Part shown: in pieces, positions 26,007 to 35,466 of the stretch
Layout: every line of letters begins with the position of its first letter
Numbering within the stretch: position 1 is the stretch's first letter
Assembly: GCA_964480125.1 (NCBI GenBank)
Contig: CAYZNV010000006.1
Coordinates: 1-54,171 of the forward strand
Reading direction: 5' to 3'
DNA: 54,171 nt
Source: an uncultured archaeon
GTDB taxonomy: Archaea; Iainarchaeota; Iainarchaeia; Iainarchaeales; VGJJ01
Notes under the pieces: generated by a model
Told to the model about the DNA's origin: nothing
Seen by the model: the letters and a program-made list of their open reading frames with translations, nothing else
The model's database searches: none
Made by a program: the position numbers and the translations under genes

Positions 26007-26753
26007 ATGCCCTCTCCACGCGTGCACATCAAAGGATACTTCGACTTTCTTTGTCCGTGGTGCTATATTGGAAAAATCCGCCTCGAAAAAGCCATCCGAC
26101 AAGCCCGCGTGCATGCGACCACGGAATGGATTCCGCTCGAACTGTATGCGCATCACGAAGAGCACCGCATGCATCGCGAGCACGTGCAGGGAAATGAGCA
26201 CTTGGATAAAATCTACCAACAGCTTGCACTCGTGGCAGCGGAAGAAAAAATAGTGATACGACAACACTCCTATGAAAAATCCTCTCGCCGCGCGTTAACG
26301 GGAATACTATTCGCACGCGCGCATGGGAAAATAGACGAATACATGCGCGATGTGTATGCGGAAGTATTCGAGTATGGGAATGACATCCCAAGCCTGATGG
26401 TGCTGGGAAGAATCTCGCTCAAGTGGGGATGGCCCGTTGAAGAATTTTTGCGCTTCATTGATGAGAAAAAAAACCAAGACGCAATGGTGCATGAGAGCGA
26501 GCAATCCAAGCAATCGGGCGTGCACGGGGTTCCAACCTATGTGATTAACGGGTACACGCTCGCGGGAACCATTCCTTCCGCAGAATTAGCCGCTCTCCTG
26601 CGCGCGCACGCCCATGAAGAACACCCCAAACCCAAGCAACAAGCGCGACGCCCCACTCGGAAGAAAACAAAATCTCCCAAGAAAATCCGCCCTACTAAAA
26701 AAATCAAACCCAAACGCCCCAAAAAAACCCCCAAAGCCCGCAAACGCCGCTAA
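26007..26753 (+). CDS. DsbA/FrnE-family thiol-disulfide oxidoreductase with long polybasic Lys/Pro tail
   Basis: FDFLCPWCYIG active site (CPWC), and GVHGVPTYVING near the C-terminus of the fold. The last about 44 aa are PKPKQQARRPTRKKTKSPKKIRPTKKIKPKRPKKTPKARKRR. Confidence 0.85.
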   Translation: MPSPRVHIKGYFDFLCPWCYIGKIRLEKAIRQARVHATTEWIPLELYAHHEEHRMHREHVQGNEHLDKIYQQLALVAAEEKIVIRQHSYEKSSRRALTGILFARAHGKIDEYMRDVYAEVFEYGNDIPSLMVLGRISLKWGWPVEEFLRFIDEKKNQDAMVHESEQSKQSGVHGVPTYVINGYTLAGTIPSAELAALLRAHAHEEHPKPKQQARRPTRKKTKSPKKIRPTKKIKPKRPKKTPKARKRR

Positions 26754-26883
26754 ATGGGCTTATTTTTCGTCCGGAAAGAGAATTACTTTATATCCTTTCC
26801 CCAGGCGATTCATTCCTATCTGCCCCATACCGGGGTAACGCAGGCCTGCAGGTCAGGCTTGACAGCCTTTGAGATGTGATCCC

Positions 26884-28137
26884 ATGACTGCCGAATCCAC
26901 CCACTCCAAAACCTATGATGTCATTGTCGTCGGAGGCGGTCCTGGCGGGAGTACTTCCGCAATGTTTTTGGCCAAGAAAGGGTATAAGGTATTGGTCCTC
27001 GAAAAACAAAAATATCCCCGCGATAAGATTTGCGGAGACGCCATTTCAGGAAAGTCAGTGGGAATGCTCAAAGAACTCGGAATCGAAAACGACATCGAAA
27101 AAATAGACCACGCCAAAGTATATGGATTGGTCTTTTCTTCTCCAGAAGGAAAAACACTCGAAATCCCTTTTCCCGTGAAAGACGGAGAAGGCAATACGAA
27201 ACCACGCGGATATGTGGTGCGAAGAATCGTCATGGATAACTTTCTCTTCAATCACGCCAAGAAAGTCGCCGAAATCAAAGAACAATTCGAAGTCAAGGAC
27301 TTGCTTTTCGACGAACAAGGAAAAGTCATCGGCGTGAAGGGAATGGATCTCAACACGAAAGAAGAACATACTTTCCACTCCAAATTCGTCATTGGCGCGG
27401 ATGGATCCTATTCGGTGGTGGCAAACAAAGTGAATGCAGAGAAGATCCCTGAGGAACACCTCTGCGAAGCCACGCGTGTCTATTACAAAAACGTCGCGGG
27501 AATCACTCCTAATATCGAAATCCATTTCGTGGATAGCGTAATGCCCGGATACTTCTGGATTTTTCCCCTAGAGAATGGAATGGCCAACGTGGGATTAGGA
27601 ATGGTGCGCTCTGACCGCCAGAAGAAGGGAGTCAATCTCGTGAAAGAAACAGAAAAAGTCATCATGGAACACCCCTTATTCAAAGAACGATTCAAGAACG
27701 CAGAAAAATTAACCGACGTGAAAGGATGGACATTACCCTTCGGTTCTTTCAAGCGCAAGCTCCATGGACCCGGTTATTTTTTGGTGGGAGATGCCGCATC
27801 GCTGGTGGATCCTTTCTCCGGAGAAGGAGTGGGCAACGCCATGGCGTCCGCGAAATACGTTTCCGAGGTCATCGACGAAGCCATTAAGGGAAATGATTTC
27901 TCTGAAGCCAAGCTCGCCCAGTATGACGAGCGCCTGTGGAAAGAAATCGGACCCGAAATGCAAACCTCATATATGTTGCAGAAGATTGGCCGCCACAAGT
28001 GGTTGTTGAACCTCGTCGTAGGAAAGGCAGCAAAGAGCAAAGAAATCAGAGACACGATTTCTGGGATGCTGGTGAATGAAGAGGCAAGAAAAACATTCAT
28101 CACGCCCATGTTCTACGTGAAATTGCTGCTAGCATAA
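26884..28137 (+). CDS. Geranylgeranyl reductase family FAD-dependent oxidoreductase (paralog 1)
   Basis: YDVIVVGGGPGGS dinucleotide fold, CGD motif (KICGDAISG), and LVGDAASLVDPFSGEGVGNA. An upstream TTG at 26869 is less likely. Confidence 0.9.
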   Translation: MTAESTHSKTYDVIVVGGGPGGSTSAMFLAKKGYKVLVLEKQKYPRDKICGDAISGKSVGMLKELGIENDIEKIDHAKVYGLVFSSPEGKTLEIPFPVKDGEGNTKPRGYVVRRIVMDNFLFNHAKKVAEIKEQFEVKDLLFDEQGKVIGVKGMDLNTKEEHTFHSKFVIGADGSYSVVANKVNAEKIPEEHLCEATRVYYKNVAGITPNIEIHFVDSVMPGYFWIFPLENGMANVGLGMVRSDRQKKGVNLVKETEKVIMEHPLFKERFKNAEKLTDVKGWTLPFGSFKRKLHGPGYFLVGDAASLVDPFSGEGVGNAMASAKYVSEVIDEAIKGNDFSEAKLAQYDERLWKEIGPEMQTSYMLQKIGRHKWLLNLVVGKAAKSKEIRDTISGMLVNEEARKTFITPMFYVKLLLA

Positions 28138-28180
28138 TTCGGGGATTGTTCCACACCCCAATAAATACACTTGCGTTTTG

Positions 28181-28921
28181 ATGGTGTATATGCCTCCAAA
28201 GAAGCAAGCCGAAATGGATGTTTCTGTCGTCATCCCCACGCTGAATGAGGAAAAGAACATCGTGAAATGCCTCGAGGCGCTGCGCAACCAGGAATTTGAA
28301 GGAAACTATGAGCTGATTGTCGCTGACGGCAACAGCGAAGACAAAACACGCGAGTTGGCAGAAAAGCTCGCGGACAAGGTCATCATTGAAAAGCGCAGAA
28401 GTATCGCATTTGAACGCAACGCAGGAGCGCAGCACGCGCGCGGAAAAATCATCGTCTTCACGGATGCGGATTCCGTTGCTCCTCGTAATTGGATTTCTTC
28501 CATTCATCGCATTTTTCAAGACGATCCGGGCTTGAGTCTCGTGTACGGTCCTGTGTTTTTTTCTGACACCAGCAAAGAAGAGCAATGGGTCTCTTCTTTC
28601 TTCATGCCCAAATTCATGAAAATGATGGATGTGCTGAGCATGCACAACCCCATTGGAAGCAACATGGCGATTCGCCGAGAAGTGTATGAAAAGATTGGGG
28701 GATTCGACACTCAATATGTCACATGCGAAGACTTGGATTTGGGGAAGCGCGCTATCAAGCACGGAAAATTGAAATACGTCAAGCACATGCACACACTCGT
28801 TTCCGCGCGCCGTGTGAAGAAATGGGGCTACGCGCGCTATGTGGGGTTCCATCTATTCAACGGCGTGCGCTATCACCTCACTGGGAAAGCCTCGCGGAGA
28901 TATGAGGATGTGCGGGAATAG
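28181..28921 (+). CDS. Family 2 glycosyltransferase
   Basis: VSVVIPTLNEEKNI, ELIVADGNSEDKT and FTDADS (DxD-like) motifs. Confidence 0.88.
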   Translation: MVYMPPKKQAEMDVSVVIPTLNEEKNIVKCLEALRNQEFEGNYELIVADGNSEDKTRELAEKLADKVIIEKRRSIAFERNAGAQHARGKIIVFTDADSVAPRNWISSIHRIFQDDPGLSLVYGPVFFSDTSKEEQWVSSFFMPKFMKMMDVLSMHNPIGSNMAIRREVYEKIGGFDTQYVTCEDLDLGKRAIKHGKLKYVKHMHTLVSARRVKKWGYARYVGFHLFNGVRYHLTGKASRRYEDVRE

Positions 28922-28941
28922 ATGAAAGCGCGCAGAAGGGG

Positions 28942-30693
28942 TCAATCCATTGCAATGGACTCGCTGTCCCACGCATCACGGAGATTCTCTTTTCTTGGGA
29001 TGAGAAAGCTACCCATCGCCAAATAATCGATTCCTGTACCCATCATGCAGCGATAAGCTTGCGCAGGGGTACACACAATCGGCTCTCCACGGATATTGAA
29101 GGAAGTATTGATGAGGATAGGCACCCCTGATAGTTTCTCGAACTCCTTTATGACGGAATAGTAATTAGGATTTTGCCCTTTTCGTACCGTTTGAAGGCGG
29201 CCACTACCATCGACATGCGTTACGGCGGGTATTTTTTTCTGTTTGGCCTTCTTGATGGGGTATACCATCAACATATAATCCGTCGGATCAGGCGTAGGCG
29301 TGTCGGCTTCGAACCAATCATTGATGGATTCCTCTGCGATAACCGGGGCAAAAGGCCGGAACCTTTCACGATGTTTCACGCGGAGATTCAATATGTTCTG
29401 CATCTCTGGATTGCAGGGGTTCGATAAGATGCTGCGCGCCCCCAGTGCACGAGGGCCCCATTCCATTCGTCCCTGGAACCACCCTACGACCTGGTTGTCC
29501 CACACCAATTCTGCCACTTTCTTGGAAAGCGCATGATGGGAGTCAAACGATTGATAATTGATTTTTTTCTCATCCAGGAAGCGTCTAATTTCTACATCGC
29601 CAAAGCCAGGCCCCCAATAAGCGTGTTTCATGCGGAATCGATGGGCATTTCCTAAGACGACATTATGCACGTACAACGCTGCCCCCATCGCGCTACCAGC
29701 ATCTCCGGCAGCGGGTTGAATGAACAGGCGTTTGAATGGAGTTCGGCGGAGAATCTTTCCATTGGCGACCGAATTCAACGCCACTCCTCCGCTCAGGCAC
29801 ACATTTTGTTGCTTGGTCTCTTGATACAAATGATTCAACAGCCCCAAAATAACCTCTTCAGTCTTCGCTTGGAGTGACGCAGCCATATCCTGGTGGAATT
29901 CCGTGACAGCGGATTCCTTTTTCCTTGGGGGTTGGCCGAATAACGATTCCATTTCAGGTGAGAACATGGATTTAGCATGATGGAATGAGAAATATTTCAT
30001 GTTCAGCGCAAAACTACCATCAGCGAACACCTGCATGAGTTCATCGAATTCTTTCTGATAGCTATTCTTGCCATAGGGCGCCAGACCCATGACTTTGTAC
30101 TCGGAATTGTTGACCGAAAAACCCAAGTAAGCCGTGATTGCGCTATAGAGCAAACCCACCGAATGCGGGAAATGGATCTCTTTCGAGAGCGTGATAGTAT
30201 TATCCTTCCCTTCTCCCATGGTGGTGGTGGCCCACTCACCCACTCCATCCATCGTCAAGATTGCAGCCGAATCGAAAGGAGATGCGAGATATGTTCCTGC
30301 CGCGTGCGAACGATGATGCTCTACAAAAAATGTCTTGGCCTTGAACCCATGGCCTTCGATTGTTGAAGGGATGGCCAATTTCTCTGACAGCCAACTCGGT
30401 AACGAATCGATGAACGCATGCGCACTCCAGGGAAAAGTGTCAATCATTTGATAGAGCAGGCGTTCGAATTTCAGGAATGGCTTCTCATAAAAACCAATGT
30501 AATCAACACGCGCAGGAACGATGTCCGCCTCAGAAAGACAATACTCGATCGCTTCTTTGGGGAACCCGTTATCATGTTTCTTCCGGGAAAAGCGCTCTTG
30601 TTGAGCTGCTGCGACCACTTCTCCATTCTTCAATAGGCACGCAGCCGAATCATGGTAGTGAGCCGACACTCCGAGGACATAGGTGTCGGGCAT
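28942..30693 (-). CDS. Carbamoyltransferase (NodU/CmcH family)
   Basis: 583 aa: YVLGVSAHYHDSAACLL N-terminus (ASKHA/Kae1-like), HHRSHAAG, and C-terminal NTSFNIRGEPIV, all typical of NodU/CmcH O-carbamoyltransferases. Confidence 0.9.
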   Translation of the reverse strand: MPDTYVLGVSAHYHDSAACLLKNGEVVAAAQQERFSRKKHDNGFPKEAIEYCLSEADIVPARVDYIGFYEKPFLKFERLLYQMIDTFPWSAHAFIDSLPSWLSEKLAIPSTIEGHGFKAKTFFVEHHRSHAAGTYLASPFDSAAILTMDGVGEWATTTMGEGKDNTITLSKEIHFPHSVGLLYSAITAYLGFSVNNSEYKVMGLAPYGKNSYQKEFDELMQVFADGSFALNMKYFSFHHAKSMFSPEMESLFGQPPRKKESAVTEFHQDMAASLQAKTEEVILGLLNHLYQETKQQNVCLSGGVALNSVANGKILRRTPFKRLFIQPAAGDAGSAMGAALYVHNVVLGNAHRFRMKHAYWGPGFGDVEIRRFLDEKKINYQSFDSHHALSKKVAELVWDNQVVGWFQGRMEWGPRALGARSILSNPCNPEMQNILNLRVKHRERFRPFAPVIAEESINDWFEADTPTPDPTDYMLMVYPIKKAKQKKIPAVTHVDGSGRLQTVRKGQNPNYYSVIKEFEKLSGVPILINTSFNIRGEPIVCTPAQAYRCMMGTGIDYLAMGSFLIPRKENLRDAWDSESIAMD

Positions 30694-31082
30694 CAGAACA
30701 TCTCCTCATCACGTATCACACTGGAACATTTCCTCCAGGAAGAATGGTTGGGGTGCAGGTCCATGAATCTCTTTCCAATGATTCTCGTGGACAGAAAAAC
30801 AATCCCAACGCCAATCACATACACGAGCACCAATGCCAATCCCACCACAATCAGATTGATCCGCTCTCCAGTGGAATGGATCCCATCGCGGATGGCCCAT
30901 GTTTCGGCACGCGGGAGAAATCGCGGAAGGATAAGCGAAAAGAAAAGGGTCAATATCACCAATCCAATCACATAAATGAAAACATCATGCCATGTCTCCG
31001 TGAAAAAACCATACATAACTGTGACGAGTGTGGCAATCGGCAACCCCATTCCCACGAGCTTAAATGCATTTCCTGCGTCCAT
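30693..31082 (-). CDS. SxtJ-family small membrane protein
   Basis: Three or four TM helices. The segment LILPRFLPRAETWAIRDGIHSTGERINLIVVGLALVLVYVIGVGIVFLSTRIIGKRFMDL...SSW matches my recollection of SxtJ-type proteins. Its stop overlaps the carbamoyltransferase start (TGATG). A longer start at 31127 is possible. Confidence 0.6.
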   Translation of the reverse strand: MDAGNAFKLVGMGLPIATLVTVMYGFFTETWHDVFIYVIGLVILTLFFSLILPRFLPRAETWAIRDGIHSTGERINLIVVGLALVLVYVIGVGIVFLSTRIIGKRFMDLHPNHSSWRKCSSVIRDEEMF

Positions 31083-31088
31083 AAAGGT

Positions 31089-31250
31089 ATGTCTCGTGTG
31101 ATAACGGTATTTAAGGGCATATTCCACTTCCTGTTGGCACGCAAAGCATGGTGGTTGGCTCCTATTTTGGTGTTGCTGGGGATCGTGGCCCTTATCATCT
31201 TATTTGGACAGTCAGCCGTGCTATCTCCATTGGTATACGCGCTATTCTGA
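31089..31250 (+). CDS. DUF5989 (SxtK-like) small membrane protein, 53 aa
   Basis: MSRVITVFKGIFHFLLARKAWWLAPILVLLGIVALIILFGQSAVLSPLVYALF. The motif (R/K)K-WWL-PI...TM...S-xxP-xxY-LF at the extreme C-terminus is the DUF5989 hallmark as I recall it. It is hidden inside the spurious 257-aa track ORF 30477-31250. Confidence 0.6.
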   Translation: MSRVITVFKGIFHFLLARKAWWLAPILVLLGIVALIILFGQSAVLSPLVYALF

Positions 31251-31264
31251 AGAAGGAAGAACAC

Positions 31265-32506
31265 ATGCACTCCTTGCTCCACGACAAGCGGCTACATCAC
31301 CTATTCGATGTGCTCGTCATCCTCGTTGTTATTCTACTGGTATTTGAAGTCGGCATCCGCCTGCTTGGAACTACCAACCAGGATGGCGAATTCCATCTAT
31401 TCGGTTATCGCCTCAAACCCTATGCAATACCTATTGAGACGGCCAAAATAAAGGGATTCGAATACTTGGCAGCGAATAATCCTTACATCGAATATGCCCC
31501 TGTCCGTGGATGGAAAATTGCCGCGAATCGTGTTGGTTCGAATGGCCTTGTGCGCTCGAACAGTCAGGGATTCCGCGCGCTGAAGGACTATGATGAGTTC
31601 CCTGAACAAGGGATATTGCGCATCGCCATGTTCGGCGACTCCTTCGTGCATGGGGATGATGTCCATGATACTGCCACCTGGGCGCATCAAACCCAACTCG
31701 CACTAGCAGGGGTAGCTAACAACGAAGTGCTTAATTTTGGAGTCCCGGGTTACAGCATTGGGCAAGCTTTTCTTGCTTATCAACTTCTCGGTGTTCAATT
31801 TCATCCTGACATCGTGGTCATCGGATTCCATCCGGAGAATTGCTATCGCAATGTCAACATTTACCGAGGCTTCTACGTCCAGAACACCAGCCTGCCCTTT
31901 TTCAAACCACGACACATCCTGGACGGGAATGGGAGTCTTCAACTCATCAACACTCCGACGCCTGCCCCTAATCAAATCGCAAAAGTATTAGAGGATTTTG
32001 AGGAATTCGAATTTGCCAAGTTCGGTTACTTCTATGATCCGGCAGACTATGAGAAGACCTTCCTCCGTGAAGTAAGGGCCTTTGCGCTGTTCGAGGCGTT
32101 GTGGGAGATCATTCACCGCAACATCTCCAACGAAGCAGAACAGTTTTTTGATCCCGCAGGAGAAACGGGAAACTTGTGCTATGCAATTATCAAAGAATTT
32201 GAGCGAGAAGCCCTACGCAACGGGTCCAACGTCTATATCGTCCACATCCCTTATGAGCAATACCTGCGCAAAGCCGCTTCCGGAGGAGCACCACCCCATC
32301 AAAAATTATTGGATAAGATTATTGCATCCCACTCAAAAGTAATCGATTTGCAGCCAATCCTACTCCAAGAAGCGAAACGCACATCCATCGATGAATTGTA
32401 TATCCCTCATTTTTCTGCAGCCACCAGTCTTCTCGTCGCGAACCACGTGAGCGCATGTATTGCGGCTGATCTTAACGAAAATATTCCATGGGTCGGCGCG
32501 TGCTAA
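31265..32506 (+). CDS. Membrane-anchored SGNH/GDSL-like hydrolase or acyltransferase
   Basis: N-terminal TM (LFDVLVILVVILLVFEVGI), GDS block (RIAMFGDSFVHGDD) and NFGVPGYSIGQ block. I cannot verify the later catalytic blocks. Confidence 0.55.
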   Translation: MHSLLHDKRLHHLFDVLVILVVILLVFEVGIRLLGTTNQDGEFHLFGYRLKPYAIPIETAKIKGFEYLAANNPYIEYAPVRGWKIAANRVGSNGLVRSNSQGFRALKDYDEFPEQGILRIAMFGDSFVHGDDVHDTATWAHQTQLALAGVANNEVLNFGVPGYSIGQAFLAYQLLGVQFHPDIVVIGFHPENCYRNVNIYRGFYVQNTSLPFFKPRHILDGNGSLQLINTPTPAPNQIAKVLEDFEEFEFAKFGYFYDPADYEKTFLREVRAFALFEALWEIIHRNISNEAEQFFDPAGETGNLCYAIIKEFEREALRNGSNVYIVHIPYEQYLRKAASGGAPPHQKLLDKIIASHSKVIDLQPILLQEAKRTSIDELYIPHFSAATSLLVANHVSACIAADLNENIPWVGAC

Positions 32507-32562
32507 TGAATATTTCCTTGGTATCACCCAAGCATTAAAAGCTTCAGATTGATGATTTCTGC

Positions 32563-33714
32563 ATGCGCATCGCCATATTCACTGATAGTTTTTGGCCTCA
32601 AATCAATGGCGTTACAACGGCAATCTGGAATTACTGCGTTCCCCTCGCAGATGAAGGGAACGAATTCATCATCTTTGCCCCAAAACCCGCAGGTGGGCTT
32701 AGCGGAGCGCCTTCTCACAAGAACATCGAAATCATTTGGTTGCCTTCGTTTCCATTGCCTTCGTACAAAGATTATCTCGTGGCCTATCACTTTCCTTCTG
32801 CCGCGAAAAAGAAACTCGCAGCATTCGCCCCGGAAATCGTGCACGTGCATACTCCGTTCTTTGTGGCAAAACAGGGATTGGATTATGCCAGGAAGCATCG
32901 CATTCCCTCAGTGGGGACGTTTCACACGCTGTTGACGGAATTCCTGGAATACCTGCCCTTGCCCGTGAAAGAACTCAAGCGCTCTCCTATCATGGAAAAG
33001 CTCACGTGGAAATATTTACAGCACTTTTATTCCAAGTGCACCATTCTGACTACTCCGACTAGCGCGAATGCGCATGAACTCGAACAACATGGATTCAAAC
33101 ACGTGCATGTGCTCACGAATGGAATCGACTATGCTCAATTCTCTAATCCCAAGAAGAAAAAAGCCACGCGTGGAGTGCGATTGCTCTACTATGGAAGGAT
33201 TTCCTTCGAAAAACGCATCGATGTAGTCATTGACGCGTTTGCGCGCGTGCACGAGCGATTCCCTCACACCACGCTTACGATTATTGGCTCCGGTCCCGCC
33301 GAGAACTCACTAATAGCCCAAGCGCACGCATTAGGAATCGCATCTTCAGTGCATTTTCCAGGCCCATTTCGTGGAAAAGAATTAGGAGAGCGCGTGAAGC
33401 AGCATGATATTATGGTGACGGCTTCTCCCATGGAAACACAAGGACTCACGGTGCTCGAAGCCATGGCGGCCGGTCTCGTTGTCGTAGGGGCAAACGCACG
33501 TGCCATTCCTCTCGCGATTGGAAAAAATGAACGAGGGCTGTTATTCAAAGAAGGAAATGCAATGGATTGTGCTGCACAAATCCAAAAAGTCATCCAAAAC
33601 TCTACCATGCGCACGAAGCTCATCAATGCAGGAAAAAAATTCGCCAAAACGTATGATAAGAAAGCGGTTGCCAAAAAATTGCTCCAATTGTACCTCCAAT
33701 CCTCTCGTTTGTGA
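32563..33714 (+). CDS. Family 1 (GT4-type) glycosyltransferase
   Basis: MRIAIFTDSFWPQINGV N-terminus and EX7E-type C-terminal region (ASPMETQGLTVLEAMAAGLVVV). Confidence 0.88.
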   Translation: MRIAIFTDSFWPQINGVTTAIWNYCVPLADEGNEFIIFAPKPAGGLSGAPSHKNIEIIWLPSFPLPSYKDYLVAYHFPSAAKKKLAAFAPEIVHVHTPFFVAKQGLDYARKHRIPSVGTFHTLLTEFLEYLPLPVKELKRSPIMEKLTWKYLQHFYSKCTILTTPTSANAHELEQHGFKHVHVLTNGIDYAQFSNPKKKKATRGVRLLYYGRISFEKRIDVVIDAFARVHERFPHTTLTIIGSGPAENSLIAQAHALGIASSVHFPGPFRGKELGERVKQHDIMVTASPMETQGLTVLEAMAAGLVVVGANARAIPLAIGKNERGLLFKEGNAMDCAAQIQKVIQNSTMRTKLINAGKKFAKTYDKKAVAKKLLQLYLQSSRL

Positions 33715-33753
33715 ACGGCACACCCTTAAATTCCCTATTTTTTTCCTCCATTC

Positions 33754-35466
33754 ATGCAATCTATTTCGCATGATGTGCTGATTATTGGTGCTGGTCTTGC
33801 AGGGCAGCGTGCCGCGATAGAAGCAAAGGCATGGGGGTGCGATGTGGGTATTGTGAGTAAAGTCCATCCGGTGCGCTCGCATTCCGTTGCGGCAGCGGGA
33901 GGAATCAACGCAGCAATTGGAAAAGGAGACGATTGGAAAGCCCATTTCAAAGATACGGTGTATGGAAGCGATTTCTTGGGAGACCAAGATGCAATTGAAA
34001 TCCTATGCAAGGATGCCCCGGAACGCGTGCGAGAAATGGAATCATGGGGAGTTGTTTTTTCCCGCACCGAAAAAGGAGAAATCGCCCAGCGTCCATTTGG
34101 GGGACAGACTACTCCGCGCACTTGCTATGCCGCGGATCGCACGGGGCACATGCTGCTGCATACACTCTATGATCAACTCATGAAAGCAAATCCCACTATT
34201 TATCCCGAGCACTATGCGATGAGTTTGATTTTGGAGAGGGGCATGTGCAAAGGGGTTATTCTCTACGACATTGAGCATGGAAAACTCATCGAGGCACGCG
34301 CGAAAAGTGTGTTGCTTGCAACAGGAGGATATGGGCAGGCATTCTCCACTACTACCAACGCTAAAATCAATACCGGAGATGGGCTTTCACTCGCATTCAA
34401 TGCCGGTCTGCCATTAGAGGATATGGAAATGGTCCAATTCCATCCATCTGGAATGTATGGCAAAGGATACTTGGTGAGCGAAGCGTCACGAGGAGAAGGA
34501 GCATACTTGCTCAACGCTACTCTTCAGCGTTTCATGAAAAAATATGCCCCAGAAAAAATGGAACTAGCCTCGCGCGATGTCGTGGCACGCGCGATTGCAA
34601 TGGAAATTCTTGAAGGACGAGGCGCAGGGAAGAAAAAAGACCACGTGTGGCTGGATTTGAGACACTTGGGAAAACAAAAAATAATGGAACGCATTCCTGA
34701 GATATTCCAGACGGTGCAGCATCAGCTTGGGATTGATTGTACCAAAGAACTAATCCCTATTGTGCCTACGGCACATTACTCTATGGGAGGCATTCCCACT
34801 GATACTAAAACCCGCGTCATCGTGGATGCGCACGCCACTCCTGTGCATGGACTTTTTGCCGCCGGAGAAGTCGCGTGTGTTTCCGTGCATGGGGCCAATC
34901 GCCTTGGGGGAAATTCTCTCATGGAGACTCTTGTTTTTGGTCGAATTGCGGGACAAGAGATGGCTAAACATGCAAAATCATTACCTTCTTCCTCCCACGC
35001 CATCGAATCCATTCATCTCGAGCAAGCCACTCGGCGATTGGAACACATCCAAAGCCGTTCCAATGGAGTTCGCCCTCACTCCATTCGAGAAAGGCTCCAG
35101 GAAATGATGATGCGCGACTGTGGAATTTTCCGCAACGCAGAGGGGTTGGAAAGCGGGCTACGCACTTGGAAAAAAATCCATTCACTGACGGGACAACTCA
35201 TGGTGGAGGACAAATCAGCCTACTTCAACACGGATTTAGTCGAGGCACTTGAAACACAAAATCTCATCACCTTTTCTCAAGCTATTCTCGCGAGTGCACT
35301 CGCACGAAAAGAAAGCCGTGGTTCGCATACGCGAACAGATTATGCGCGGCGCGATGACAAACAATGGCTGAAACACACGCTTGCGCGCAAGGGACCCCAT
35401 GGCGTGGTGTTGGATTACAAGCCTGTCATCATCAAGGGATACAAACCCGAAGCGAGGCATTATTGA
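33754..35466 (+). CDS. sdhA: Succinate dehydrogenase/fumarate reductase flavoprotein subunit
   Basis: HDVLIIGAGLAGQRAA FAD fold, RSHSVAAAGGI (covalent-FAD His context), HPSG, HYSMGGI, and RLGGNSLMETLVFGR. Confidence 0.92.
   Translation: MQSISHDVLIIGAGLAGQRAAIEAKAWGCDVGIVSKVHPVRSHSVAAAGGINAAIGKGDDWKAHFKDTVYGSDFLGDQDAIEILCKDAPERVREMESWGVVFSRTEKGEIAQRPFGGQTTPRTCYAADRTGHMLLHTLYDQLMKANPTIYPEHYAMSLILERGMCKGVILYDIEHGKLIEARAKSVLLATGGYGQAFSTTTNAKINTGDGLSLAFNAGLPLEDMEMVQFHPSGMYGKGYLVSEASRGEGAYLLNATLQRFMKKYAPEKMELASRDVVARAIAMEILEGRGAGKKKDHVWLDLRHLGKQKIMERIPEIFQTVQHQLGIDCTKELIPIVPTAHYSMGGIPTDTKTRVIVDAHATPVHGLFAAGEVACVSVHGANRLGGNSLMETLVFGRIAGQEMAKHAKSLPSSSHAIESIHLEQATRRLEHIQSRSNGVRPHSIRERLQEMMMRDCGIFRNAEGLESGLRTWKKIHSLTGQLMVEDKSAYFNTDLVEALETQNLITFSQAILASALARKESRGSHTRTDYARRDDKQWLKHTLARKGPHGVVLDYKPVIIKGYKPEARHY

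Noticed and set aside
30477-31250. 257-aa plus-strand ORF overlapping the carbamoyltransferase 5' end and the SxtJ-like gene
   Set aside because: Most of it is antisense to two well-supported minus-strand genes and translates to Arg/His/Ser-rich nonsense. Only the last 53 codons (31089-31250) look like a real gene (DUF5989-like).
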